This document shows, piece after piece, positions 20,833-31,850 of a DNA stretch of 64,000 nt. How positions within the stretch are numbered: the first letter of the stretch is position 1; every line of letters begins with the position of its first letter. The notes below the pieces were generated by a model. The model did not search any database and was not told where the DNA came from. It worked only from the letters and a program-made list of their open reading frames with translations. The translations under genes were made by a program, and so were the position numbers. The stretch is from a cyanobacterium endosymbiont of Rhopalodia gibba (GTDB taxonomy: Bacteria > Cyanobacteriota > Cyanobacteriia > Cyanobacteriales > Microcystaceae). Location of the stretch: positions 896,001 to 960,000 of the forward strand of contig CP067995.1 of NCBI GenBank assembly GCA_045159875.1, written 5' to 3'.

Positions 20833-23550
20833 TTAGTCACTCATCATTTGTTTAACCAATTTTTCTGCTTCTTCCTTAGTTTGAATCTTTTTATCTAAAT
20901 AAGCATTCAATAACCTATCTAAAATAATTTTGTATTTAGGCCCTGGTTTATAACCCATTGCTTTTAAATCATTGCCATTTAATAGAGGCTGAATATTCGA
21001 CCACTTTGTAATATATTGCCAAATTGTACGACGAATTTGTTTAGATGAACGAACCGCTACTAAGATTAAAATAGACAATTGATATGAATTAAATAGTTTA
21101 GTTATTTCACTTATTGTGTTATATTTTAGGAGCTTTTCTTTGATTTCTAACTCAGTTTTTGACAATGTTTTTAAGCGTTGAATACTATCTTTTGGCAATT
21201 GAAAATTAAGAGCAATTTTACTGGATTCTACTGTCTCTAGTCGACTAATTAATACTTCTAAACGGAATAACCAATGTTCTAAATTGTTTTTAGGATCGAG
21301 ATATCTTAACCAGCGAGAAATATAGCGAATTTGCCACCATAATATATCATCTAAAGTCAACTTAGAATGTAAACAGAGTAAAGCATCTAGATCAGCTAAT
21401 AATTTTAGGGCTTGTTTCCAATAATGAGCTTCTAAAATAGATTTTAATTCCATTTTTAATCTAGTTTTTAACGCAGGAACTGCATGATTTTTAATCATTA
21501 ACTGTTCATAAATACCGCTTTTAATAGCATTGTTAATATAAGCTTTTGTTTGGGGTTCAATTGTAAATCCTAACCGCACAGTAAAACGTACTGCCCGATA
21601 AATTCTGGTCGGATCTTCAATAAAACTATTAGCATGAAGTACTCTAATCTGACGCAATTGCAGGTCTAACATTCCTCCAAAAAAGTCTAATAATTTCCCT
21701 TCCCTTGGGGACGTTAACCTAATCGCTAAAGCATTGATTGTAAAATCTCTGCGATATAAATCCTGATGAATAGAACTCGCTTCAACTTTGGGGTTAGCTG
21801 CAGGATAAGGATAAAATTCTGTTCTTGAAGTGGCAATATCTACCCATAAGGACCCTAATTGAGGATCTTTATCCCATGACAAAGCAGCCGTTTGGAATTC
21901 TCCATATACTGATAGTTTAGCATTTAGGAAAGTTTTCTGTAGGGTCGAAGCCAATTCAACCCCAGCTCCCACATCAGCGGAATGACGAAATCCATCGACG
22001 ACTAGATCAATATCCTGTAGTAATAAAAATTTATCTTCTTCTAATAAAAAGAAATCTCGGACTGCCCCACCAACTATATACAAATGCCAACCCCGTCTTT
22101 CGGCTTCTTTTGCAGCGAATTGCAAAAATTTCCAGATAGGAGAAGATAAACGCTGACTAATAGAAGGCAACAAACAAGAACCTAAGGAAATTGGGTCATT
22201 ATTTTTATCTTGTTTTTCTCTTCGAGCTTGATAAATTTGCCGTAATAAATCTGTTCGCGTAACAATTCCTAATAGTTTATTTTTTTCGATAACAGGTAAT
22301 CTTCCCAGGTCATTAGTTACCATCATTGATTCAATTTCAGGTAGTATGGTGTCAGGAGTAATAGTTTTGAGATGCTGTGCCATATGTCCTTTTACCGGGG
22401 CGTGACTAAGTCCGTGATGGAAGGCTAAGTCAATATCTCGACGAGAAATAATTCCCACTAAGCAATCATTTTCGTCTACGACTGATAATCCTGAATGACC
22501 ATAGCGAAATAAAATTACTTGCGCTTGTTCTATAGTTATTTCTGGGCGAATTGTCCTAACAGGAGAAGACATTAAATCTCTAGCGGTTAGAGGGTAAGGG
22601 ATTTGGGCAATAAATCCTTGCAATAACTTATCTAAAGTGCTTTGAGGTTCTACTTCTTGTAGCATTAAAGAAACAGCTTGTTTATGTCCTCCTCCCCCAT
22701 AAACTTTAAATAATTGATTAAGATTGGTTCCCTCAATCCTGGTGCGACCAATAATCGTTAGACGTCCCTTTTTATAAGGTTGATTGTTACGACGTTTATT
22801 ATAGAAATGACCTAATAATAGGGCATCACTTCCAGTTAATTCAATTAATCGTTCAACTAAATTAGATAACCCAGGAATAAAAGTTTCTGTTGTCAATAAA
22901 ACTGAAGTGATAGTGTAACCACTAATATCAATTTTTTGAAGATTTTCTAAGGCTTTTTGTAATAATTGTTGTAGTTTTGGAGAAAAATTAGGCTTACAAT
23001 ATTCAGCAATGGTTTTTATATTTGCTCCTTTTTCCATTAACCAAGCTAGGGCATGAGCATCACGGGGAGTGGACTGAGAGAAAGTAAGAGAACCTGTATC
23101 GACATGAATACCCAAAGCCATCACCGTTGCTTCGATAGGGTTGGGATGAACATTTTCTCGTTGTATTTTTTCCACTATTAGGGTTGTAGTCGCCCCGACA
23201 GGTTCGATTTGGGTGAATGTAGCGGGAATGTCTGAATCTGAATCAGTGTCAAGATGATGATCATATATTTCAATAGTTTTGATGTGAGGTAAATTAAACC
23301 AGGAGGACACTGTTCCTAGGCGACTACATTTCTGATTATCCACTACTATTAGAGTACGAATTTGTTTAGGATTAATGCTATGGAGTTCAATTAGGGCGAA
23401 TTCGTCTCGGTAAAGAGCTAAAAAATCTCTAACTGCTGGATGTGCGCCCCCGGTAAGGACAATTCGACTATCCATTTTAAGGCAAGAAAGCCCTACTGCT
23501 GCCCCTAGTGCGTCAAAATCGACGGTTTGATGGCATAAAATTAAATCCAT
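20833..23550 (-). CDS. A-adding tRNA nucleotidyltransferase with N-terminal DHH/DHHA1 and tandem CBS domains
   Basis: [21 protein letters not shown] and GGGGH (DHH/DHHA1); CBS pair; [33 protein letters not shown] loop, RRDFTINA and EDPTRIYR (nucleotidyltransferase). Confidence 0.9.
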   Translation of the reverse strand: MDLILCHQTVDFDALGAAVGLSCLKMDSRIVLTGGAHPAVRDFLALYRDEFALIELHSINPKQIRTLIVVDNQKCSRLGTVSSWFNLPHIKTIEIYDHHLDTDSDSDIPATFTQIEPVGATTTLIVEKIQRENVHPNPIEATVMALGIHVDTGSLTFSQSTPRDAHALAWLMEKGANIKTIAEYCKPNFSPKLQQLLQKALENLQKIDISGYTITSVLLTTETFIPGLSNLVERLIELTGSDALLLGHFYNKRRNNQPYKKGRLTIIGRTRIEGTNLNQLFKVYGGGGHKQAVSLMLQEVEPQSTLDKLLQGFIAQIPYPLTARDLMSSPVRTIRPEITIEQAQVILFRYGHSGLSVVDENDCLVGIISRRDIDLAFHHGLSHAPVKGHMAQHLKTITPDTILPEIESMMVTNDLGRLPVIEKNKLLGIVTRTDLLRQIYQARREKQDKNNDPISLGSCLLPSISQRLSSPIWKFLQFAAKEAERRGWHLYIVGGAVRDFFLLEEDKFLLLQDIDLVVDGFRHSADVGAGVELASTLQKTFLNAKLSVYGEFQTAALSWDKDPQLGSLWVDIATSRTEFYPYPAANPKVEASSIHQDLYRRDFTINALAIRLTSPREGKLLDFFGGMLDLQLRQIRVLHANSFIEDPTRIYRAVRFTVRLGFTIEPQTKAYINNAIKSGIYEQLMIKNHAVPALKTRLKMELKSILEAHYWKQALKLLADLDALLCLHSKLTLDDILWWQIRYISRWLRYLDPKNNLEHWLFRLEVLISRLETVESSKIALNFQLPKDSIQRLKTLSKTELEIKEKLLKYNTISEITKLFNSYQLSILILVAVRSSKQIRRTIWQYITKWSNIQPLLNGNDLKAMGYKPGPKYKIILDRLLNAYLDKKIQTKEEAEKLVKQMMSD

Positions 23551-23949
23551 AGTTGGCTTAAATGTATTTATATTGGTGAATATAAATCAAAAGATAATCT
23601 ATTTTTAACCTCAATTGTTAGAATATAATCTATAAAGCATAACCTGTAAGGTCAATATTTGTTGATATTTTTTTACCATTAAACGATTGAAGTAAGCGAT
23701 TATTTTAATTATCGATTTACCGATGTAAAATAATCAGCTTGACGCTAATTAAGCTGTTAAATATATAAAAAATAGCTTTTTTATACTAAATAAAATGTAT
23801 ACAAAATTAGTAACTAATGACTTATGATACTTTCATCATAGCTGTATTTTTCTACTCTCAAAACTTGGCTATTACAGAAATAATTGCAATAAGTATACAA
23901 TTCAGCTAACTCCAGCTCTGAGTGATATTTTTTCCTGACCAGTTCTTCC

Positions 23950-24008
23950 TTTTTTGTATTTTTTAGAGGATGTTCTTGACAAGAACATCCTCTAAAAAAT
24001 ACAAAAAA
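23950..24008. repeat. Perfect inverted repeat, 29-bp arms, 1-nt spacer
   Basis: ttttttgtattttttagaggatgttcttg-a-caagaacatcctctaaaaaatacaaaaaa. Confidence 0.97.
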
Positions 24009-24578
24009 TATAAGATTTATTTACGAGTTCTCTTGTCAAGAAGTGGCGATAGAAGTATATTTATTATATATCTTATTTAATTCTTCTTACTTAGTTTGCA
24101 TTTTGTTCTGATAACTAATTATATAAAAACTTATTGAAAAAATATTCAATATAATTTAAATCTATAAAGTTGGGGCATTGAAACGTTACAATTATTATTA
24201 ATCTACTATACATATCTGTACAAGATCTTAATACCCTAATCCCAATGAGAACCATAGTTAATAACGCTGAATTAACAAGATTACCGACTAAATAAATATT
24301 TTTTAATATATAAACTATAAGTCATTGCTTCAAATCCATAAACAACAACAGAATCCACAATTGATAATGCAGGTGTCATATATAATATATTTTGCGATTC
24401 CATTTGGTTACGCTGAAGTATTAGCTTCCAAACTATTATGCCAAATTTGACTTGTCAACAAAAAACTCCCTGAAAAAATCTTAGAACAGCTCGTGTAAAA
24501 ATCCTTAAAGTGGAAAGCAGGACTTAACCAATTAACGATATAGTGAACATCAGAACAATTTTTCGTTAGGCTACCTCG

Positions 24579-25349
24579 GTGACACAGGTTTCATTTCGGT
24601 CTAGACAACGCCAGTATCTTCTCCCACCTTCATTATTGAAATGTTTCAAGAATTCAATGATGACTATTCTGAGCCAAAGAAGATGGCGTAAAAGGGGATT
24701 ATGGTTAGTGGGGTCAACCGGTCTAACCTTTATGGTCGCTTGGGATTGGAAACTAGTACTAGCCACCACCATAGGTGTTCTCTTAATGAGACTAATGTAT
24801 CAAATTCAAGGGGGAAACTGGCAATGTCGATGGTCGTACTACCGTGAATTTCTCAGAGGATCTTCAGGTAGATTAGTCCTAGCAGTAAGTAGTGGAGGTT
24901 TAGGGGCTATAGTAGCCTACATTGTTGTATCTGTCTGGGCTAATTCTGAGAACTGTTGGTTAGCTATAGGATGTATTACACAAGGGATAGGAACTCTACT
25001 TAGCTTTGGACTGTTACTCTGGCAAATTGTTCAAGGTAGAGAGAAGAGCTATGAAAATCAATTTGATCAATGGATATTAGATTTAACTAGTGCTAATTCT
25101 CTTAAACGATTAATTGCTGTTAAAAGTCTGGCGAATCTTTTGAAAAAACAGTGGTTTAACTATCATTACCACCAGCAGCTTAGAGATTATTTTAAATTAA
25201 TGTTAACCAAAGAAACAGAATCATTAGTCCGTCAAGGAATTTTAGAGGGATTAGCAATGTGTAACGAGCAAGAAGTATCTAATTTAAAGAAAGATACAAC
25301 AATTAGTCTGAAGCAAAAATTTATAATCCATAAAGAGCAAGTCGTATGA
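24579..25349 (+). CDS. Cyanobacterial membrane protein with HEAT/armadillo-like C-terminus
   Basis: 256-aa ORF with TM segments (WDWKLVLATTIG, AVSSGGLG) and LKRLIAV; start uncertain. Confidence 0.65.
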   Translation: MTQVSFRSRQRQYLLPPSLLKCFKNSMMTILSQRRWRKRGLWLVGSTGLTFMVAWDWKLVLATTIGVLLMRLMYQIQGGNWQCRWSYYREFLRGSSGRLVLAVSSGGLGAIVAYIVVSVWANSENCWLAIGCITQGIGTLLSFGLLLWQIVQGREKSYENQFDQWILDLTSANSLKRLIAVKSLANLLKKQWFNYHYHQQLRDYFKLMLTKETESLVRQGILEGLAMCNEQEVSNLKKDTTISLKQKFIIHKEQVV

Positions 25350-25384
25350 TATATAAAGTAATTATGATTTAATATTAAGATTAA

Positions 25385-26065
25385 ATGATAATAATTAGTA
25401 TTATTATTCCTGTATTAAATGAAGAAACTTTCATTGTAAAAACTTTAAATAATCTGCAGATAAATGAAGCTATCGAAGTGATTGTTGTTGATGGGGGAAG
25501 TAAAGATAATACTGTTCAATTAGTGCGGAATATGGGAGTAAAAATCATACAGCTTACTCAAGCTAGTCGATCATTACAAATGAATCAAGGGGCGTTATTA
25601 GCCACGGGAAATATTCTTTTATTTCTTCATGCAGATACTATATTGCCACAAGGATATGATGAGCTGATACTTAATAGTTTTTCAAACTCAAAAATCGTTG
25701 GGGGAGCTTTTAAATTAAAGATCGATCTTCCTCTATTTTCACTTCGTTTAATTGAAATTTTAGTTAACTGGCGATCACAAATTTTCTCTATTCCTTATGG
25801 TGATCAAGGAATTTTTGTTAAGACCTTAGTATTTCGAGAAATAGGAGGGTTTACAAACTTTCCCATCATGGAAGATTTCGAATTTATACAGAAACTCAAC
25901 AAACGAGGTAAAATCGTCATCGTATCAGCTAAAGTCGTGACCTCTGGCCGTCGTTGGCAAAAATTAGGAGTAGTTAAAACAACACTTATTAATCAACTGA
26001 TTATTCTAGGATACTATCTAGGAGTTCCTCCGAAAAAATTAGCGCAATGGTATCGAGGAAAATAA
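25385..26065 (+). CDS. Family 2 glycosyltransferase (TIGR04283-like)
   Basis: SIIIPVLNE, VVDGGSKD, QMNQGA, LFLHADT, PYGDQG, IMEDFE and TSGRRW motifs. Confidence 0.9.
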   Translation: MIIISIIIPVLNEETFIVKTLNNLQINEAIEVIVVDGGSKDNTVQLVRNMGVKIIQLTQASRSLQMNQGALLATGNILLFLHADTILPQGYDELILNSFSNSKIVGGAFKLKIDLPLFSLRLIEILVNWRSQIFSIPYGDQGIFVKTLVFREIGGFTNFPIMEDFEFIQKLNKRGKIVIVSAKVVTSGRRWQKLGVVKTTLINQLIILGYYLGVPPKKLAQWYRGK

Positions 26066-27488
26066 CAAATCTTTAATATCTAAACAATATTACTGATAAA
26101 AATCAATATCTCTTAAAATTAACTAGTAGAAAATATAAATTTTTAAAGAATGAAAGAATATTATAAGCTATATTGAAGATTAAAAAATTAAAGATCCAAG
26201 TAGACTTTTTTGAATCCTGCTTCTAAGATTAGTGAACCATAACATTTTTGATTAAAATATATTGCCCTTAAAATATAAAATATATAGAAAATTATTGCTA
26301 ATTTAGACTGAAAAATAGTTCAAATCATAAAGAGTTGAAAATTATGAATTAACAAGTTAAAAATATAGTTTTTAACAGCAAAAATAAGTTGTATTTTACA
26401 ATTTATAAAAAATAAATACTATAGCAATTAATAATTAAAAAAGAGATGATTTAACTTTTAATTTATGGGTTTTGGCATAACCAATAGTATATTGTATGAC
26501 GCAAAAAGTACAGGAAAATATTTTATTTAAAAATCTTCTCATTTTTTAAATTAGGTGACATTACATGAGAATACAGAAATATATAGAAAATGTAGTTTTA
26601 AAGTAAGATCTGGATATTATCATTTATATGTTTCTATACTTTTCTATGAACCCATCGTATCTTGATTTTTCAGACTATTAAAGAACTAAGATATGTAATT
26701 TTTATCTCTTTTATTCATTAGTTGATGGGAGAATTTGACTGGATATTTTAAGAAATATAAGATTTTTTTTTATATTAATAATATTTTTTATTTACCTAAA
26801 GGGTACGCTAGCGCTAATTTTTAATATACAAAAATAGTAATAATTTCTATTTTTAGGGGAAGATCAATGACAAAATTATTAGCAATAAATTCTCAGCAAT
26901 AATGCAGATATTGAAGAGTGCCATTGATAAACTTGGAGCAAAATTTATAGATTTTTATCTAGTAAACTTAAGAGAGTAAATCGACGCTATTAATGACTGA
27001 ATTTATAGTCCCATTAATAATATACTTTATAAAGTAGGATGTGCAACAACTCAATAAGCTCAAGAATAAAATGCTATTTTTCTATTTAAACCCTTAAATT
27101 TGTCAGAAGAAAAGTGATCTAAGTCCTACAATATAATTAAATTTTTAATTAACTGAAGTAGACCAGAAATTATTTGCAAGTTTATTGAATTTTAATCCGA
27201 TACATATCAGTTGTTTAAAATATGAATGTGAATATGTACGGTAACTCAATCAATTATTTTAGTGGCATAAAAAAATGATTTTAAGTACATTTAAAAATTT
27301 AAAACTGTTTTGATAAAAGTTATCAAATAATCAATCTTACGGGAATTGTACCTATTGTACCTAAGATGAATTTTGCTGAATCCTATGGAAGAAATTATAG
27401 ACTTATTTTTCTCAAAAGCTCAAAACTTAAAACAGCTGCCCCTATCGCCCAATGCAATAACAATCCTTACTACCCTACCTAACTAGAA

Positions 27489-28492
27489 TCAATCTTTCCA
27501 GTTGCGAGCAACGATTTTAGCTAAGTCTACAACCCGTTGAGAATAACCCGACTCATTGTCATACCAAGCAACAACTTTAACTATGTCGCCACCCATTACC
27601 ATGGTTAAGCTAGAATCAACTGTAGAAGAATGGTCAGTTCCACGATAGTCACAGGAAACTAAAGGTAAATCATTGTATAATACCCTTGATGGAACTCTAA
27701 GAAGCTTCTCGCAGCATATCATTCACTTGTTCGGCAATGGTGCTTTTTTTAACCTGTATGATTAAGTCCACAACAGAAACGTTAGGAGTGGAAACTCGCA
27801 TTGCAATCCCATTAAGCTTGCTTTTCATCTCAGGAATGACCAAAGCAACTGCCTTAGCTGCCCCTGTAAATGTAGGAACAATATTAACGGCAGCAGCTTG
27901 CGCTCAACGTAAATCACGGTGACTAGCGTCAAGAATGCGTTGATCTCCCATGTAACTGTGGGTGGTCGTCATAGTTCCTTTGATGATGCCAGAATTATCA
28001 TTAATAACCTTTACCATAGGAGCTAAACAGTTGGTAGTACAACTGGCATTACTGAGCACATTATATTTATCATGATTGTAGTCTTGATGATTAACCCCAA
28101 TTACATTGATTCCTATATTACTATCCTTCCCAGGAGCAGTAATCAATACTTTTTTTGCTCCTGCTACTAGGTGTTTAGAAGTACTTTTTTCAGTAACAAA
28201 AAACCCAGTAGATTCTATAATCAAATCAACTCTCCACTCAGTCCAAGGTAAATTTAGGAGGTTGAGATCAGAAACACATTTAATCGTTAACGATGAGAGA
28301 GTTTTCATCAACCTGAATATCTGCGTCTAACTTACCTAATATCGAATCATGTTTAAGTAAATGGGCATTGGTTTTAGGATCAGAGGTATCGTTGATTCCA
28401 ACCAATTGTAGCTGACTATCTCTCGGTCCCAACCAACATCGTAGAAAGTTACGTCCAATACGTCCGAACCCATTGATGCCTACTATAATCAC
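27489..28492 (-). pseudogene. gap2: NAD(P)-dependent glyceraldehyde-3-phosphate dehydrogenase (Calvin-cycle type), recently inactivated
   Basis: [42 protein letters not shown] and WYDNE motifs; frameshift near 28285, TGA at 27904-27906, TAG plus frameshift near 27680-27700; divergent from murC. Confidence 0.95.
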
Positions 28493-28834
28493 TCTATTGT
28501 TCCTTCTGTGCTTAAGATCAATAGATTAGATCTTTATTAATGACCACAATCATACCGTAAAGCCTAAAAAATTCGATCCTTAAATTACAATTTTTTTTAA
28601 CCGAACAAATTTAGTTATGAACAGGAAACTTCCAAGATAATAATGGCAAAATATAGAATAAATTTAACTTTAACTTCTTTTCAGCTACCCTAATTCAGGT
28701 CAAAAACAGTACCAAACATCACAACTAATAAAAATACAATTGATGACCAAGTGGTCAGTTTTTGATATCATAGCCCGTAATTGATAAGCAACGACGTTTT
28801 GCAGTAATCGTGCGGTGTGTTAGGAGATATAACG

Positions 28835-30322
28835 GTGAAAACGGTTGATTTTAGTGGACGGCCTTTCCATTTCATCGGAATCGGCGGGATAGGGATGTCG
28901 GCTTTAGCTTATGTTCTAGCTAAGCGTCAGATTCCCGTATCTGGTTCCGATTTACGATCAAGTCATATTACAAAAAGATTGCAAGAAGTTGGAGTACATA
29001 TTTTTAGTCGTCAAGAAGCGATTAATCTAGAACTCTTTCATTCTAGCAACGGACAAATCACTGAACCTGTCCCACCTTTGTTCAATAATTCAACAACATC
29101 TCTGGTTAATCAAAATGGACATGATAACGAATTAAGTCCGAAAAGGATTTTAACTGAACAGTTACCTCAAGTTATATTTTCAACAGCGATTGCTCAAGAT
29201 AATTCAGAATATAGGGCTGCTCAGGAAAAGGGATGTCCAATTTTCCACCGTTCTGATGTCTTAGGCGCTTTAATTAAAGATTATCAAAGTATTGCAGTAG
29301 CTGGGACTCATGGGAAAACCACTACTAGCAGTCTTTTAGGTTACGTGCTGCTCAAAGCCGGACTCGATCCAACTATTATCGTTGGAGGAGAAGTAGATGC
29401 TTGGAAAGGTAACGCTCACTTTGGTTCTGGTAAATACTTAGTAGCTGAAGCAGATGAGTCTGATGGCTCTTTAGTGAAACATTTTCCTAGTATCGGAATT
29501 ATCACTAATATTGAACTTGATCATCCAGATCACTATAAAAGTCTAGAAGATGTAGTAAAAACCTTTCAGATTTTTGAAACTCAATGTGAAATATTAGTAG
29601 GGTGTGTTGACTGTGAGACAGTGAGAACTCAGCTAAACCCCACTATTACCTATAGCCTTGATCTTCATCAAAAAGCAGATTACATTGTTAAGGAAATTAC
29701 CTATAGTCTTGAAAACACAACGTTTGAAGTTTGGGAAAGAGGGCGGTTTTTGGGGCAAATGTGCCTAACTATTCCGGGAAAACATAATGTTAGTAATGCT
29801 TTAGCTACTATAGCCGTAGGGCGCGAATTGGGACTAGATTTTAAGATAATTGCTGAGGCATTAGCTACCTTTAGCGGAGCAAAACGGCGTTTTGAATACC
29901 GGGGTCAAACCCATGGTATTACATTTGTTGATGATTATGCTCATCATCCTAGCGAAATCCGAGCTACCCTCTCGGCAGCTCGTTCTAAGGTTGGGCAAAA
30001 CTCTCGTGTGGTTGCTGTTTTTCAACCTCATCGTTATAGTCGTACTGCCACATTTTTAGAAGAATTTACCACTTCTTTTCAAGATGCAGATTTCATTGTT
30101 CTAACCGATATTTACAGTGCCGGAGAGGCTAATGTTGCTAATATCACAAGTCAAGACTTAGTTAATGAGATTAAACGTCATCATTATGAGGTGATCTATC
30201 AACCCTCTTTAGAAGCTTTAATTGAATCTCTTCCTAAACTTTTGCGACCTGGAGACTTAGTTCTGTTTTTAGGTGCGGGGAATCTTAATCAAATTATTCC
30301 CCAGGTAATCGCTAGTTTTTAA
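28835..30322 (+). CDS. murC: UDP-N-acetylmuramate--L-alanine ligase
   Basis: HFIGIGGIGMS, AGTHGKTTT, EADESDGS, DDYAHHP and FQPHRYSRT motifs; AGGAG at 28822 supports GTG start at 28835. Confidence 0.97.
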   Translation: MKTVDFSGRPFHFIGIGGIGMSALAYVLAKRQIPVSGSDLRSSHITKRLQEVGVHIFSRQEAINLELFHSSNGQITEPVPPLFNNSTTSLVNQNGHDNELSPKRILTEQLPQVIFSTAIAQDNSEYRAAQEKGCPIFHRSDVLGALIKDYQSIAVAGTHGKTTTSSLLGYVLLKAGLDPTIIVGGEVDAWKGNAHFGSGKYLVAEADESDGSLVKHFPSIGIITNIELDHPDHYKSLEDVVKTFQIFETQCEILVGCVDCETVRTQLNPTITYSLDLHQKADYIVKEITYSLENTTFEVWERGRFLGQMCLTIPGKHNVSNALATIAVGRELGLDFKIIAEALATFSGAKRRFEYRGQTHGITFVDDYAHHPSEIRATLSAARSKVGQNSRVVAVFQPHRYSRTATFLEEFTTSFQDADFIVLTDIYSAGEANVANITSQDLVNEIKRHHYEVIYQPSLEALIESLPKLLRPGDLVLFLGAGNLNQIIPQVIASF

Positions 30323-30413
30323 AACATCCTATCAGTCTCCTTGTGTCTGGAAACAATTTAGATGATTTTCAGTTCACCGTTTTCAATTGACCTCCCATTA
30401 AACTAGTAAACTA

Positions 30414-31340
30414 ATGATTAAAGCTTTATCTTCTCCGATCCGACTGCCAGCAGCCAATTGTCATATTTTTCCTAATTTTTCTTTAGCTAATCAAACTTCC
30501 TATCGTGTAGGAGGTGAAGCTCGATGGTATGTAGCTCCTCGTACTTGGGAAGCTCTACAAGCCACCTTTGAATGGTTTCAAAAGCAAGATATTCCTCTGA
30601 TATTGTTGGGGGCAGGTTCTAATCTTTTGATTAGTGATCGCGGAATCGATGGCTTAGTGCTAAGCACCCGCTATCTACGTTATCGTAACTTTGACCCCGA
30701 AACAGGGTGTGTTACTGTAGCTGCTGGTGATCCTGTGGCTAAAATTGCTTGGCAAGCTGCTAAACGGGGTTGGCGCGGCTTGGAATGGGCGGTAGGTATC
30801 CCAGGAACTGTCGGAGGAGCAGTGGTAATGAATGCGGGAGCTCATCGTCAATGTGCTGCTGATTGTTTGATCAGTGCAGTGGTGGTGTCTCCTGATGGCA
30901 CAGTAGAAACTCTTACTTCCAAAGACCTTGACTATAGTTACCGCACCTCTTCCTTACAAGGAGCTGAGAAACTCGTTTTAGAAGCTACCTTTCAATTAGA
31001 GATGGGATTCAGTCGTCAAGAAGTGATGGCAACCACTCAACATAATCTCCAACAGCGTAAAAGTTCCCAACCTTATGATAAACCTAGTTGTGGGAGTGTA
31101 TTTCGTAATCCTACTTGTCATGCTGCGGGATGGTTGATCGAACAATTAGGCTTAAAAGGATATCGTATTGGCAATGCAGAAATTTCCCATCGTCATGCTA
31201 ATTTTATCCTTAACTGTGGTCAGGCTAAAGCACAGGATATTTTTCGCCTAATTTATCATGCTCAAGAACAAGTAGAAGCTCGTTGGTCTTTATTACTGGA
31301 ACCAGAAGTCAAAATATTAGGTAAGTTTTCTGCCTCCTAA
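30414..31340 (+). CDS. murB: UDP-N-acetylenolpyruvoylglucosamine reductase
   Basis: GAGSNLL, GIPGTVGGAVVMNAGA, YSYRTS, SCGSVFRNP, HANFI and EPEV motifs. Confidence 0.97.
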   Translation: MIKALSSPIRLPAANCHIFPNFSLANQTSYRVGGEARWYVAPRTWEALQATFEWFQKQDIPLILLGAGSNLLISDRGIDGLVLSTRYLRYRNFDPETGCVTVAAGDPVAKIAWQAAKRGWRGLEWAVGIPGTVGGAVVMNAGAHRQCAADCLISAVVVSPDGTVETLTSKDLDYSYRTSSLQGAEKLVLEATFQLEMGFSRQEVMATTQHNLQQRKSSQPYDKPSCGSVFRNPTCHAAGWLIEQLGLKGYRIGNAEISHRHANFILNCGQAKAQDIFRLIYHAQEQVEARWSLLLEPEVKILGKFSAS

Positions 31341-31436
31341 GGCTGTCGGAAACACCACAGGAATACTAAGATTAACTAATAGAGTTCCCCATTAGGCTCT
31401 AGCTCATTATCATCAGAATCAATACTCTTAAAAAAT

Positions 31437-31781
31437 ATGACAAAAGGACAAGGATTTGGATTCGGATTAGGCAAAATTAGAGAATTACAAGAAGCTTTCC
31501 AAAAAGCACAACAAGTTCAAGTTGGAGCGCAAGAACTTCAAAAGCAATTGGAGGAAATGGAAATTGAGGGAGCTTGTGGGGGGGAATTGGTTAAAGTTGT
31601 CATGAGTGGCAACCAAGAGCCTCTTTGCGTTGAAATTACCCCAGACGCGATGGAAAAAGGGGCCGATAGTCTTTCTCAATTAGTTACTGAGGCAATGAAA
31701 GATGCTTATGCTAAGTCTGCCGAAATGATGCGGACTAAGATGGAAGAACTTACCAGTGGTTTGAATCTTCCAGGAATGTAG
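31437..31781 (+). CDS. ybaB: YbaB/EbfC nucleoid-associated protein
   Basis: [29 protein letters not shown] and [12 protein letters not shown] motifs. Confidence 0.92.
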   Translation: MTKGQGFGFGLGKIRELQEAFQKAQQVQVGAQELQKQLEEMEIEGACGGELVKVVMSGNQEPLCVEITPDAMEKGADSLSQLVTEAMKDAYAKSAEMMRTKMEELTSGLNLPGM

Positions 31782-31816
31782 TTCTTAATAGCTTACAGTT
31801 TATATAGATTCGTCCA

Positions 31817-31850
31817 AGCAATTGCTATCTATTGCCTAATGGTAATTGCT
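31817..31850 (+). terminator. Hairpin after ybaB (possible terminator)
   Basis: agcaattgctat-N10-atggtaattgct with G-U pairs. Confidence 0.5.

Noticed and set aside
29030..29165. Low-complexity insertion in the MurC N-terminal domain
   Set aside because: Variable insertions at this position are common in cyanobacterial MurC, and the frame is intact.
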